NCBI GenBank assembly: GCA_951406725.2
Contig: OX597815.1
Span: 67,704,001-67,768,000 of the forward strand
Origin: Octopus vulgaris
Taxonomy: Eukaryota
Length of the DNA: 64,000 nucleotides
Direction of reading: 5' to 3'
Made by a program: the position numbers and the translations under genes
Part shown: positions 1 to 14,011 of the stretch, one piece after another
How the letters are laid out: every line of letters begins with the position of its first letter
Position numbering within the stretch: position 1 is the first letter of the stretch
Notes under the pieces: model-generated
The model's database searches: none
The model's input: only the letters and a program-made list of their open reading frames with translations
Told to the model about the DNA's origin: nothing

Positions 1-83
1 ATATAGAACATAATAGATATTTACGGGAGGAGGTAAATACAGCAGCTTTGAGTTTATCGTTCTTTTACTATTTGTATATAACA

Positions 84-670
84 AGGCGACGAGGTGGCAG
101 AAATGTTAACACGCTGGGCGAAATGCTTTGCGGTATTTCGTCTGCCGCTACGTTCTGAGTTCTGAGTTCAAATTCCGCCGAGGTCGACTTTGCATTTCAT
201 CAATCGGGGTCGATAAATTAAGTACCAGTTACGCACTGGGGTCGATGTAATCGGCTTAATCCGTTTGTCTGTCCTTGTTTGTCCCCTCTGTGTTTAGCCC
301 CTTGTGGGTAGTAAAGAAATGGGTATTTCGTCTGTCTTTACGTTCTGAGTTCAAATTCCGTCGAGGTCGACTTTGCCTTTCATCCTTGCGTACTGGGGCT
401 GATCTTATCGACTGGCCCCTCCCCAAAAATTCGGGCCTTGTGCCTAGCGTAGAAAAGAATATTCATATATAACGAGGAAGCTAGCTGGTGGAATCGTTAG
501 CACAACAGGGAAAATGCTTAGTGGTATTTCGTCAGTCTTTACGTTCTAAGTTCAAATTTCCCCGAGGCTGACTCTTCCTTTCGCCTTTCGGAGCCGATAA
601 AATAAGTGCCAGTCGAGCAGTGGGGTCGATGTAGCCATCTAAGCTTTCCCTGAATTTGCTGGCATTACGT
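84..670 (+). mobile_element. Cluster of tRNA-derived SINE family A copies (Meta-domain-like core)
   Basis: Head AAGGCGRCGAGSTGGCAGAA, B-box-like GAGTTCAAATTCC and core GTCGACTTTGCCTTTCATCC..GGGGTCGATAAATTAAGTACCAG. The same sequence recurs about 20 times in the window. Confidence 0.85.
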
Positions 671-1029
671 CAAAAATTGATACTAATATCTGTATGTAAT
701 GCAATAAGGAATTTTGGTTATGAGATTTCTTTGCTGTTCAAACTCACACTGTTTTTTTTACTTCTGAAGCCTTTTATCAAAGCGGTTGCGATGAAGAATT
801 GGCAAAAACTGAAACAGAACACCTTGCGGTATCTACTCCAATTTGTTATGCTCTGAATCTTGTTCAGATGTCAAAGTTAATTTTGTCTTTCAACCCTTTT
901 GGGACCGGTGAAAAAACCAGTCGGGAACGAGTCATTGGAAGGATTGTTAAAGAATCGGGAAGATATCTTGTAGCGTTTACTCATGGGTTCTGGTATTCGG
1001 AGTCTTTTTTTATATACTTTTTAAGTGGT

Positions 1030-1148
1030 CGACGTTGCCTTTCATCCATTCAGGGTCGATAAAATAAGTACTAGTAGAACACTGGGATCGATGTAATCGA
1101 CACATCCCTTCCTGCATAATTGCTGCCCTTGTGGCAAAATTTTAAAAC

Positions 1149-1226
<78 letters not shown>

Positions 1227-1431
1227 CATTATTATTAAGGTGGTGAGCTGGCAGAATCGTTAGCACGCCGGGCGAAGTGTTTGGCGGTATTTCATCTGCC
1301 GCTACGTTCTGAGTTCAAATTCCGCCAAGGTCAACTTTGCCTTCCATTTTTTCGAGGTTGAAACACTGAGGTCGATGTAATCGACTACTTCCCTCCCCCG
1401 ATTTTAGACCCGGTGTCTATAGCAGAAAGGC

Positions 1432-1468
<37 letters not shown>

Positions 1469-1633
1469 GGTTGTGATCTGGCAGAATCTTTAGCACGCCG
1501 GCCGAAATGTTTAGCTGTATTTCGTCTGCCGCTACGCTCTGAGTTAATATTCCGCCGAGGTCGACTTTGCCTTTCTTCCTTTCGGAGTTGATAAATTACG
1601 CAAAATCCTGGCCTTGTGCCTATAGTAGAAAGG

Positions 1634-1635
<2 letters not shown>
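1030..1635 (+). mobile_element. Three SINE family A copies separated by (TAA)n/(TTA)n tracts
   Basis: Partial copy at ~1030-1145; heads at ~1238 and ~1468, each with a (TTA)n tail. Confidence 0.85.
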
Positions 1636-1699
<64 letters not shown>

Positions 1700-2256
1700 G
1701 AGTGAGAGAGCAGTGCATGCCATCAAAGTGACACTGGGGTAAAATATACGAAGCCCAATATACCCATCATGACTACCCGTCTGATAAAGGTACACCAGGC
1801 ACATGCATCACAACCATATGTGCGCGACATGGTGATCTCATATCAAGATAAACAGCACATGACCTTGCAGGTGGGGCCCAGTTAGAATTTTCTTCAGGTT
1901 GAGTAGCCCATCCCGCTCAAAAGGTCCCCGAATAAGGGTTGTTTAAGGATGTTGAAAGAACCACCCATGTTTCCAGAGGTGAATTATTCAAACCCCAAAG
2001 AATCCCTCTCAACACATGGCTATGATGCTCCCCCACTACTTCTGCTCGTGATCAGAGATGCACATATCGTCAGCCACTAAGGGACATGCTCAACTGGTTA
2101 AGGTCAAACAACTGACAAGCAAATCTGTGGTATTGAGCAGAATATTTGCTGTAGCCCATCTTTTATACCAAGACAAAACAATGTACATGATAACACTTCC
2201 AATCAGTTAAGATCAGAAGCCATGAGAGCCACTGCCTGGTACTGCATCAGGGCATT
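1700..2256. mobile_element. ~555-bp non-coding interspersed element inserted in (TTA)n, copy 1
   Basis: Colinear end to end with 7161-7714 (GAGTGAGAGAGCAG...ACTGCATCAGGGCATT). Flanked by TTA repeats, no ORF. Confidence 0.85.
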
Positions 2257-2287
2257 TATTATTATTATTATTTTTTAAAATTTTTTA

Positions 2288-2333
<46 letters not shown>

Positions 2334-2519
2334 ATTATTATTGTTGTTGTTGTTGTTGTTATGTCTCTGTATAATCAATAAAGAAGATAAACTTTTTTAT
2401 CATTTAGTAAAAACATATTTTCCTAATTATATATTAAACATATATTAATGCTTCTTAGCTACACAGTCATGCCTGAGCCATTTGCATATTAACGAAATTT
2501 ATTGATTTCAAATTTCAAT

Positions 2520-2732
2520 TCAAGGCCGGCATTTCATGGGATGGGCTAAGTCAGTGACATCGACCCCAGTGCTCAACTGGTACTTATTTTAATCGACCCT
2601 ACGAAATGATAAAAGGAAAAAAAGCAAAGGATAAAAAACAAAGTCGACCTCGGTAGAATTTGAAGTCAGAACGTAATGACGGACGAAATGCCACTAAGTA
2701 TTTTGCCCGGTGTGCTAACGATTCTCCCAGCT
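2520..2732 (-). mobile_element. SINE family A copy
   Basis: Reverse complement of the family A core (AAGTCGACCTCGGTAGAATTTGAA...GCTAACGATTCT). Confidence 0.8.
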
Positions 2733-3280
2733 TTAAGTTAAGAATGGTTCCTTTGATCCTTAATTTTGTTTGCATGTAGTGATCGATGGCTAGGGTTATA
2801 TAACTGGAATAAAGTTTTCGGAATAATTCATTTCTTCAACAGGGTATATTGGCTAACCTATATAATTTCCCATGTAATTTTTGATAATCACTGATATTAT
2901 AAATTATGTCGTCACAACTGATTTAATTGTATCAAAGATCAAATAGTTTAGATATCTGCTATTTATTTCATACTCTTCGTTTATTGCTTTCGGAGCTTCA
3001 TTAATGCTATTTATGGCCTCTTAAAACTCTTTCGTCACACTTGTTTTCGGTATTGACTTTATGTAACAGACATCCTCTTGTCTTACTGCATTGCAAATGT
3101 TAATGACGTTGTCTTTTATTTGTCCCTAGATTGTCTCATGTTAACCGTGTGATTGTCGGTTTATATTAATCAAGTCTTGAAGGAGTAGTGTGTTTATGCT
3201 TTGTTTCATGTTACGTTTCCCCATCACAACATATTGGCTGAATTATCACTGTATAGAATTCTCCCCATTAGACTTAGACA

Positions 3281-3680
3281 CAGGCGTGGCTGTATGGTAA
3301 GAAGCTTGCTTCCCAACCACATAGTTTCGCGTTTAGTTTCACTGTGGTACCTTACTATAGTTTGGGGCCAAGCAAAGTCTTCTGAGTGAATTTGGTAGAC
3401 GGAAACTGAAAGAAATACCTCGTGTGTGTGTTTGTGTGTGTGTGTGTGTCTATTTATCTGTCTGTCTGTCTGTGTTTGTATTTGTCCCACACCATCGTTT
3501 GACAATCGATGTTGTTGTCGTTACGTCCCTGTAACTTAACGGTTCAGTAAAAGAGTCCGATAAAATATGTACCAAGCTAAAAAAAAAGTATTGGGGTCGA
3601 TTCATTCGACTGAAGATTCTTCAGGGTGGTACCCCAGCATGGCCGCAGTCCAACGACTGGAATAAATAAACGATAAAAGA
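3281..3680 (+). mobile_element. tRNA-derived SINE family B (CORE-like)
   Basis: GGCGTGGCTGTATGGTAAGAAGCTTGCTTCCCAACCAC head and TTTGGTAGACGGAAACTGAAAGAA body with internal (TG)n. Homologous copies at ~11120, 23995, 47735 and 58380. Confidence 0.8.
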
Positions 3681-4878
3681 AAAACTAAGAGGTGTTCGTC
3701 ATATTTCGTTCGAAAGTCATTTTAGGATTGACATACATTTAATAACGTATCATCGATTTAGCATCTATTTAACAATTTCTAATTATTCTGTTGTTCAATC
3801 GAAGTAATATGCTACAAAGAGTTTTAAATGTATAAAGTAGCATCTATTATTTTTCATAAATGTTTCCATCTTTGACTAAGAATTTTGTTTGGATAGTTAG
3901 AGGACATTACTCCCTCGAATCTTAGATCCCAAGGGGCCGGTTACCTGATTTCCATGGCGTATAAGTCACCGAGATCACAACATTTACTTTAAAAGGAATA
4001 CCCTTTTAAATGAGCTCATTTATGACTGTATGAAATGGAACAACATGAAAGGAGGTGTTTTGCTCTAGAACACAACGCAACATTAGGTTCGAGATTTAGG
4101 ACCACGATTTTGCGATTATGTATGCAGCACCCTAACCACGGGCCCAAGTGACCTCGCATAATTAGAGACTCATTGCCAGATTCGAGAATCAAAAACAAGA
4201 TTTTGCGATCGTGTATGCAACACCCTAACTACAGGGATACGTGTCTTAGGATAGTTAAAAAAATTTCTTTGTAAATATTCACTTTGGTTTTCATAAAACG
4301 TAAGATCAGTATTAGGACGACGATTACATGTTGGCTAACCTCTCACGCCCTGTTTGTAGAAAGCAGATCTACAAACCACAACTGCTGCTATGTTATCCAA
4401 GATACATTCATTTCTGATCAACTTCACATATTATATGTAGATATTAATATGGTTCCCACATCAGCCTGTGGTGTTGAATAGACCTTTCGTTCCAGTAATA
4501 GAGATATTTTCCCTCCATAATGTATAGATTTTGCCATGGACCCTAAAACGCACTTTACAAATATGGCGGCAGCGTCTAGAGACGGAGGTGATTGCGTGTG
4601 TACCATATTATGATCATACCCATACTTCACCCGGCTTATGATAATATTGGTGTTAAATTTTGGCACAAGGCCAGCAAGTCCGGGGGAATGGTAAGTCGGT
4701 TTTGTCAGCTCATCGCGTTCCCGCATGTGATAATGTAAGTAGTAAGAAAGCTTTAACCATGAGGACATAAAAACCAAAACACTATTAACTACGACACAGT
4801 TAATATTTTAAAACAGAATATGTGTATGTATGTGTATGTATGTATATCTATTTATCTCTCTCTCTCTCTCTCTCTCTG

Positions 4879-4918
<40 letters not shown>

Positions 4919-4923
<5 letters not shown>

Positions 4924-5807
4924 TCTGATCAATAAGTATCAGTACTGTTGCCATAGTATCGAAGCTGAAGTATGCAGAATGAAGCTGCAAGGCAAAAATT
5001 TACCTTGAACTCTGCATGCGCATTAAGTTTTAATGTTCTAGCCCACTTCTGTTGTTTGCAGCAGTGTTTTGAATAAAGGTGTGTAGCGTGTGGTTGTCGC
5101 ATTGACCATGATAAAGAAAGTTTTCATAGCGATAACTGCTCAGAGACCTACAAAAAGTTGCAGAGAGCATATGGAGAGGAGTGTATAAGCCGGACCCAAG
5201 TGTACGAGTGGTTCAGACGTTTCCAACATAGTTGAAAATATGTCGATATTGACGAACGTTCTGGGAGACCCTCAACCAGCAGAACTGAGAAAAACATCGA
5301 TGATTTGTATGCAACTGTGAGGAGAAATCGTCAACTCACCATCCGTGAGTTTATCAGAGGATGTGCAGATTAATTACGGTTCAGTTCAGTTCATTATCAC
5401 TGAAGACTTGAGTATGTAACGTGTGTCTGCCATGTTTGTGCGAAAAGTGCTTTCAGCTGACCAAAAAGATACTCGGGTTTCAGTAGCACAAGATGTCCTT
5501 GATTGTGTCGAGAACTATGAAAACTTCTTGAAAACTTTGCGCAGGCCTCTGAATAGGTATTACCAAACTTTTGGCAAAATCTGATGCAGATTCTCAGCTC
5601 AATTTTCTCTCATAGTCAATGTGACGATCACACGCTACACACCCTCCTTCCAAGCACTACTGTAAACAGCAGAAGTGAGCTAGAACGTTAAAATTTAGTG
5701 CGCATACACAGCAGAGTTCTAGGTCAATCTGTTCTGAGCAGCTTTACTCTGTGTGCTTTGGCTTCGATATTATGGCAACAGTCCAGATACTTCCTGATCA
5801 GACCATG
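4919..5807 (+). mobile_element. Internally deleted mariner element with ~200-bp TIRs and the transposase N-terminal HTH remnant
   Basis: 4919-5121 is an imperfect inverted repeat of 5601-5807 (CGAGGTCTGATCAATAAGTATC / GATACTTCCTGATCAGACCATG-TA). The interior translates to ETYKKLQRAYGEECISRTQVYEWFRRF...DERSGRPSTS, a mariner HTH signature. Confidence 0.9.
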
Positions 5808-5837
5808 TATATATATGCATACATAAATACATCTCTA

Positions 5838-6090
<253 letters not shown>

Positions 6091-6774
6091 TGCATTTGGG
6101 ACGTGCTAAGTCAAGAAAACTCCAGAACAAATTTCTGTTGTATGACACGTTTCAATCGCCGATGTTTTCCACTTCCTCGTCGTCGATTCTACACTTCAAC
6201 ATTCATAGATTAACTCCAACAACATTCACTTTTACAAAAATAACTTTCACTAATGAATTCGACGTGTGTAATTAATAAAGATTGCAAACAAGAACAAATT
6301 AGACATCTCTCTAAGGAAATATCAATTATTAACACTGAATGTCAGCCTTAAAATACCAAATATTTTTTATTCAATTTTGATTCTCGATTTAAAAAAAATT
6401 CTTTCTTTTGTTTTGCTATTTTTTTCTTTTCATATTTGGAAACTTGCGCATAACCAGCGACAACGGGCGTTTTTCTTTATTTTCTAAATATACTATCATT
6501 CACGTACTGAAGTCACGTGCTATATTTGGCTGTTCACCTTCTATCAAATTACTGGCCTTATATCTAATTTTAAAACAATTTTTATTGTTTGGACTTGCCT
6601 TTCATCCGGCGTCGATGAATTAAGTACCAGTTGAGTACTGGGGTCGATGTAATCGGCTAGTCCACTCCCACCAAATTCCAGGCTTTGTGCCTGTAATAGA
6701 AAGGATTATTTCTTCATTTGAACATTGTTAACTTTGGATAGTTTAATTAATTTCCTATCAAGTTATGCACCCTC

Positions 6775-7138
6775 AAGTAGACAGTACTTTCTGCAGGATA
6801 TTTGCAGTACTAAAAAAGTGTTGACTTTTACAATGTTCCAATGCTGGGACCGATTCCAATGTGTCAAGGTGTTTCTGAATGCTTTTCGGCACTGACCCAA
6901 ATGTTCCAGTCACAATTGGTACTATTCTTGTTTTCAAATTTCACATTCTCTCGACATCTATTCTCAAGTCTGGATATTTTACAATTTCTCGGTTTCTTTA
7001 TCATTGATACGATGATTTCCTGTGCAAGCAAATCGATCAACAGACATCTCCTTACAGAACCTTTCTCCACCAAAGTTATGCTTGGCCTCGTATGTTCAAA
7101 AACTTAATCTCTCTAGATTTTTAAGTTTCTCAGGAGTT
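6775..7138 (-). mobile_element. R4/Dong-like non-LTR retrotransposon 3' fragment (restriction-like endonuclease), decayed
   Basis: Minus frames give EHTRPSITLVEK..RRCLLID and KYPDLRIDVERM*NLKTRIVPIVTGTFG, homologous to the RLE region at 19246-20019. Confidence 0.7.
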
Positions 7139-7160
7139 TCACATTATTATTATTTTTATT

Positions 7161-7714
7161 GAGTGAGAGAGCAGCGCATGCCATCAGAGTGACACTGGGG
7201 CAAAGTATACGAAGCCCAATATACCAATCATGACTACTCGTCTGATAAGGATACACCAGGCGCATGCATCACAATCATATGTGCGCGACATGGTGATCTC
7301 ATATCAAGATAAACAGCGCATGATCTTGCAGGTGGGGCTCAGTTAGAATTTTCTTCAGGTTGAGTAGCCCATCATTTTCAAAAGGTCCCCGAATAAAAGT
7401 TGTTTTAGGATGTTGATCGAAACATCTGTTTCCAGAGATGAATTATTTAAACCCTCCAAAATTCCTCTCAACACATAGCTATGATGCTCTCCCACTACTT
7501 CTGCTCGTAATCAGAGATGCACATATCGTTCACCACCAAGGAACATGCTCAACTAATTATAGTCAAACAATTGACAAGCAAATCTGTGGTATTGAGCAGG
7601 ATATTTGCTGAAGCTCATCTTTTATATCAAGACAAGACATGTACATGATACCACTTCCAATCAGTTAAGATCAGGAGCCATGTGAACCAGTGACTGGTAC
7701 TGCATCAGGGCATT
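7161..7714. mobile_element. ~555-bp non-coding interspersed element, copy 2
   Basis: Diverged colinear copy of 1700-2256, again flanked by TTA-type repeats. Confidence 0.85.
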
Positions 7715-7734
7715 TATTTTCATCATCATTATTA

Positions 7735-7863
<129 letters not shown>

Positions 7864-7899
7864 TGTAGTAGTAGTAGTAGTAGTATTGTTGTTGTTGTT

Positions 7900-8170
7900 A
7901 GGACGCGTGGCATAGTGGTACGGACGTATGGCATGAATGTGGTTTCAGTTCCTAGATCGAGCAGTGTGTTGTGTTCTTGAGCAAAATACTTCGTCTCACT
8001 TCAACACCTGACGTGTGGTACACCGTACCCCTGTTTAGACATCGTCGACTTGATAGAAGGAGTGAGCTAATGTACGGCACGAACATTTGATCACTATAAG
8101 CAATTCATTTCTGCAGGTCGTTCGGCAAAAGCTGAACGCTCAATGGTCGTCTTCGACGAGTGAGTCCATC
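7900..8170 (+). mobile_element. tRNA-derived SINE, third type
   Basis: GGACGCGTGGCATAGTGGTA A-box-like head and GGTTTCAGTTCC B-box-like motif. A similar head occurs at ~20757. Confidence 0.55.
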
Positions 8171-9028
8171 ATTAAAGCGGCGAGCTGGCTGAGATCGAAT
8201 GGTATTCCAATTATGAAGTTCTACTCTTTTTTATTCTTTTCTACTCTAGGCACAAGGACCGAAATTTGGGAGAGGGGGCCAGTCGATTAGATCGACCCCA
8301 ATACACAACTGGTAGTTAATGTTTTGACCCCGAAGGGATGAAAGGCGAAGTCAACCTCAGGGGAATTTTAACTCATAACGTAAAGACAAATGAAATATCT
8401 GCTCTTTTTTATTGTCAAATAAAGTGTCAAATAATGCACCTTGTACTGATTTGCTAAGATTTTCGATGATATTTCTCGGAGGCAGAACAACCACTTAGAA
8501 AATCGCCTGTCAACATGTAATATTAATATATATAATAGATGGACGGTAATCTATAATTCGAGATGTCAGTCATGTCAGAAAGTGTCACACAAAGTTCTGC
8601 CTGAGGAATATATTCAGTATACAAGTGTTTGTGGAATAATCAATCACTGGCGCTAAAAAACAATGAGCATGCGATATCAATGATAGACCAACTGGTACAC
8701 TCGCGTACACACATACACACACGTACATACATGTCTGTATATATACATATGTGTATATATGTGTGCGTGTTGTGCGTGTGTTGTGTATGTGTATATGTAT
8801 GTGTGTATTTATATTGGGATGCATGTATATGTATGTATATGGTGTTGATGATATAATAAAAAATGAAACCTTTCAATATTAAATGATATAATACATAAGA
8901 ATAGGTACGTAAAATTTACAGCATGTATAGCTAAATTATAAAGTTTAAGATGTAGTTAGATACTATTTATCGTTTCCTTTTATATACACAAACGTGCACA
9001 TGTGCGCGCACACATATGCAGGAATATA

Positions 9029-9379
<351 letters not shown>

Positions 9380-9429
9380 GTATGTGTGTTTGTGTGTGTA
9401 TATATATATATAAGTATGTATATATTTAG

Positions 9430-9620
9430 GGAGAATTCACAAAAAAAATGAACACAAGACGAAGGCAGGTGGTGTAGACAACAAACAGATGTATTGGTTC
9501 AACGCACGGGAAGTGAAAAAGTCTTTAACGTTTCGAGCCTACACTCTTCCACAGAAAGGAACACAGAAAGCAACAGGGAGAGAAAATAAAGAATGTGTAG
9601 TGGTTAGCGATCTATCATGT
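9430..9620 (-). mobile_element. Penelope-like pseudo-LTR fragment with a hammerhead-like motif
   Basis: Homologous to 31505-31618, 57360-57492 and 57586-57772. Minus strand reads CTTT-CTGTGGA-A-GAGT GTAG GCTC-GAAAC-GTT-AAAG. Confidence 0.65.
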
Positions 9621-9675
9621 ATATATGTGTGTGTGTGTGTGTGTGTGTATACATATGTTTGTACATATACATATA

Positions 9676-9711
<36 letters not shown>

Positions 9712-10029
9712 TGTATGTATGTATGTATGTATGTATGTATGATGTCTACGTGGACAACATTTCTGACTGTCCCTTCTGGCACATAGAGATCTTTTGCAAT
9801 TGATCTCATGGAATTTCTGGGATTGTAATCAACAGCCATCATCATGTATGTATGTATGTATGTATGTATGTATGTATGTATGTATGTATGTATGTATGTA
9901 TGTATGTATGTATGTATGTATGTGTGCATGTATGTATGTATCGGCATATTTCATTCCATAACTGCCATCTCTGAATAACGCTGGGTTACATAATCGGACT
10001 GTCACCTAACACTCTGTAGAACCCCTAAT

Positions 10030-10810
10030 ACGAAATCGAATTGAACTTATTCAGCAAGTTCAGCAGACCATTGATTACAATCCCAGAAATTCCATGAGAT
10101 CAATTGCAAAAGATCTCTATGTGCCAGAAGGGACAGTCAGAAATGTTGTCCACGAAGACATCAGATATAAGACTTATATGATGAGGAAAGGTCAATTTGT
10201 CAGAAAAAGTCAAAGAAAATCACTACATCATATCTAAAAGGTTCTTAAACAAACTAAAATGTCCAGCAGAAGATTTGATTTGTTTTTTCTCAAACTTGAA
10301 AAACTTCGACCAAGATCAAAATGTTAACAAGAGAAATGACAGATGGTTATGTGCAGACCCTTCTGAAGATCCAAGGTTATGCATATAAAATTTTCTGCAA
10401 CTGTCATGGTTTTAGGAGTTGTCAGCAATGAAGGACATGTGATACCTCCTTACTTCTTTCCACAAGGCCTTAGAGTTAACTCTGCCGCCTACATTGAGGT
10501 CCTGGAAATAATTGTTAAACCTTGGATAGACAATGTATGCAATTGAAGGCCATATGTATTTCAGTAAGACTCTGCACTAACACACATGGCTCTAGTAACA
10601 CAGGAATGGATGGCTGAAAATTTTCATGATCACATAACCCCTAACATTTGGCCTCCTAATTCCCCAGATCTCAATCCATTGGACTATTACATGTGGAGCG
10701 CTGTTGAGAGAGAGGTCGATGAACACGCCCATAACACCAAAGATTCTTTGAAAGCTGCCATAGTCTAAGTAATGTCCACAATGAACCAGGACCATTTGAT
10801 TCGAGCATGT
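10030..10810 (+). mobile_element. Tc1/mariner DD37D (maT-type) transposase pseudogene
   Basis: VMVLGVVSNEG..PYVFQ*DSALTH..WPPNSPDLNPLDYYMW, with 37 residues between the second and third catalytic Asp. Contains stops and frameshifts. Confidence 0.9.
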
Positions 10811-11119
10811 AGTTCAAGGGTGGGGAAACTTTTCAGTGCGGCGGGCAAATATTTCGAAAGAAAAGGGTCAGCGAGTGGATCACAGTTTCTAACTCTTATA
10901 TCTGAGTAAATCTTGTATATATCTATGTATAATTCGAGATACATTAATAAAAATAAGTTTAAGACATTAAATTAGCACGTAACGTCTTCATTAATGCCAC
11001 CACCGAATTTAGGACGTATATATTACTTATGAGGTATTCTATATCTTTCAACTAGAGTGTAGTCGGGTTTCGAAGGGATGGTGCAAATCTGGCAATATAT
11101 GTTTTATAGGGAAAACAAA

Positions 11120-11248
11120 ATTTCCATTCAAATGCCTTTGGTCGACCCGAGGGTATAGTAGAAGACACTTACCCAAGATGTCACGCAGTGGGACTGAACC
11201 CGGAACTGTGTGGTTGGGAAGCAAGCTTCTTACCACACAACCACGCCT
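11120..11248 (-). mobile_element. SINE family B head
   Basis: Reverse complement of GGCGTGGTTGTGTGGTAAGAAGCTTGCTTCCCAACCAC... Confidence 0.8.
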
Positions 11249-11256
11249 AAGATTTA

Positions 11257-12073
11257 TCTATATACATAAAACTCAACTTGTGTATCTGTGTGTGTGTCTG
11301 TGTGTTTAACTTCCCGGCACATCTCCTAGCCAACAAATCATAGACCCACCAAAAATGGGTCACTTAAAGCTTAGGCGAATGAAAATTGAACTGCGCTATT
11401 TCTGTTCCGAAATTCATCTCGCAAGTGCAAAAATCGATAATGTGTTTGTTTAGGCCTTATCCCATGCATTGAATAGTGAACTTTACTCAGTCAGCTGTTT
11501 GACGTGAACTGTGTTCACCACGCGTGCAAGCATGCGTAAATTGCATGAAAAATAAAAAATCAAGATATAAAAACGAATCGCCGTAAACATTATAGAAATT
11601 CGGCAAAGAAATGAATTTTCGGGATGTAGCCTGGAGAGTTTTTCGTATTAATCGTTTGGACTTTGTGAACACATACCAATTGTTTTCATAACATTTTTAA
11701 CGCTTTGAATTAAATGCGACCATTTTGCGTTGAGTCTGCTGTTGGAATCAATTTAACCAAATTTTAGCAGGCCGGATTTTTGATCATCCCGATACATCGC
11801 CAGCGACTCCCTGAAACTCTCCCCTGAAATCCCCGTTGAGAAATACTGATCTAAAAGAATAATTCAACAATGCAATTATTTGATCAACAAAAATTTATGA
11901 AACGTTTCTACGTACTTCCTATTGAGGAAATGGAACACATAAGCGCAAAAATAGAGGGCATTAAATGCTTGATTTTAAAGCCAAAATAATTGAATTTTGA
12001 TTGAACTTCATCCAAGTTTAGCTTAATTCGCGCGTGCATAGAACGCACGAGTGCACGAGCCGGGCAATACTGC

Positions 12074-12076
<3 letters not shown>
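11257..12076 (+). mobile_element. Possible non-autonomous Helitron
   Basis: A|TCTATATACATAAAA 5' end followed by a (TG/TCTG) tract, and a GC-rich 3' subterminal region ending CTAC|T (CTAG-like). The ends fit only imperfectly. Confidence 0.4.
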
Positions 12077-12148
<72 letters not shown>

Positions 12149-12157
12149 TGTATGTAT

Positions 12158-12191
<34 letters not shown>

Positions 12192-12567
12192 TATATCTAT
12201 CTACCTATACATATTTTTGTAAGAATATGTAAAGATATATATATACATACATATATAAACATATATATACATATAAATGTATATATATATATATATACAA
12301 AAATGTATATGCGTGTGTGTGTATGAGTGTATGAATATATGTGTGCATGTGTGTGTGTGTGTGTGTTTGCAATTGTATATACTTGAAGCCATACTTAACA
12401 ATGGAATGGCAGCACTGTCTATGGTTAAGTGTGTTGTGATCAGGCGAGCGTGTCTGATTAATCTCTAGTCTCCTTTCGACCGTGAATTAAATAAATTCCA
12501 GCGGTTCTTGGAACTATAAATTCATTATGTTTTCAAATTCGTTGGTCTGTTAAAATTTCTTTACCGA

Positions 12568-12628
12568 TAGCTCTGATGAAGCTGAGGTAGTTTAATTCAC
12601 TTCTCTTAGTTCAAACAGTTGCAAGCTA
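12568..12628 (+). ncRNA. Degenerate minimal type-I hammerhead ribozyme motif
   Basis: TAGCT-CTGATGA-AGCTGAG..CTTAGTT-cAAA-CAGTTG-cA-AGCTA. Stem I is perfect, but G12 and U16.1 are substituted. Confidence 0.55.
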
Positions 12629-13156
12629 ATGAATTTAATTATATAATTCTCGTTCTTTGTTAGCTATTATTAACATGTATTTTGTTATTGACTGTGTGTG
12701 TTTTTGGATGAGAGGGTTACTGCGATGTCACTTTACATCACGCTCAGTACTTGTCGAGAGCAACACGTACAAATATATAGAGTTCGAATGAATGGGTTGT
12801 TTCTCCTGTGGCGGCAAAGTAGGACTTAAATCTATAACTAGGCTCCAGATGTGTCCCGTTATATATAATATATGTATTTATTTCAAAATAAATATGTTGT
12901 TTGAAATTCATTTAATCTGCATGCATAATTTATATAACAGTTTATATATTACGCTAATATCTAACTTCCCCATCTTTGCCGGATTCTGCTTTGATAATAT
13001 GTTCCTGTATTCGTAGTCTCGAGATATAAAACGCACACACATACACACGTGTGTGTGTGTGTGTGCATGTATGGATGTGTGTATGTATGTATGTATGTAT
13101 GTATGTATGTATGTATGTATGTATGTATGTGTGTGTTTGTGTGTACGTATATTGCT

Positions 13157-13330
13157 AGATGGCCATTGACTAATACGGAGCCTTTCCGCCCTTTGACAGG
13201 TCTTATTTTTCGTCCTACAGGGTATCCAACAATAACAGCAACCCTCCTCACCAAGCAAGCATGATGGGGCTGGTTTGTTTAGTCACCGACGACCCGACAA
13301 TGAAACAGGCATCGCTTGAAAAGAAAAAAA
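13157..13330 (-). mobile_element. Partial copy of the RTE-related element at 16150-16705
   Basis: Reverse complement matches 16205-16350 (GTCGGGTCGT.GG.GACTAAAC..GCTTGCTTGGTGAGGAGGGT..CCTGTCAAAGGGCGGA). Confidence 0.7.
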
Positions 13331-13934
13331 GTAAGACATCACAAAAATGGGTGGTCGTAGCCTTCGCATGTATTGAACTTTAGATCAGAGGATGACAATA
13401 CCCGAACACGAGTTTGCAGTCATTATGTATGTATGTATGTATGTATGTATGTATGTATGTATGTATGTATGTATGTATGTATGTATGTACGCATGTATGT
13501 ATGTAAGTGTGTGTGTGTGTGTGTCTGTGTGCATGTGTATGTCTAGTTATGTGCACATATAAGGACATCAGTGAACGCGAAAAGAAAGAGGATATGAGGA
13601 ATGTTGCAAATGTATTAGATTTTACACTTAAAATGTGTGGGTGAGTCGTACATGTGTCTGTGTGTGTGTATATATATACATATACATATGTATATACATA
13701 CATACATATATATATGCATATGTATGTAAATATATATACGTGTGCGTGTGCATATTATATATATACGATATATACACACATGCACACACACACACCTATA
13801 TATATACATATTTGTAAATGTATGTATATATATGTGTGCATGTATATGTGTGTGTGTGTCCACTAAATGCGGTATTGAGCACACACTCTCACTGTTCGCC
13901 ATTATCGTATATATACAGAGAGAGGAAGGATGGG

Positions 13935-14011
<77 letters not shown>

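Noticed and set aside
8000-8085. Possible HDV-like ribozyme in a SINE body
   Set aside because: A consistent P1/P1.1/P2/P3 nested pseudoknot could not be built.
10815-11848. hAT-like MITE ends (CAAGGGTGGGGAAACTTTT ... GTTGAGAAATACTG)
   Set aside because: The ends do not match each other well and no 8-bp TSD is seen.
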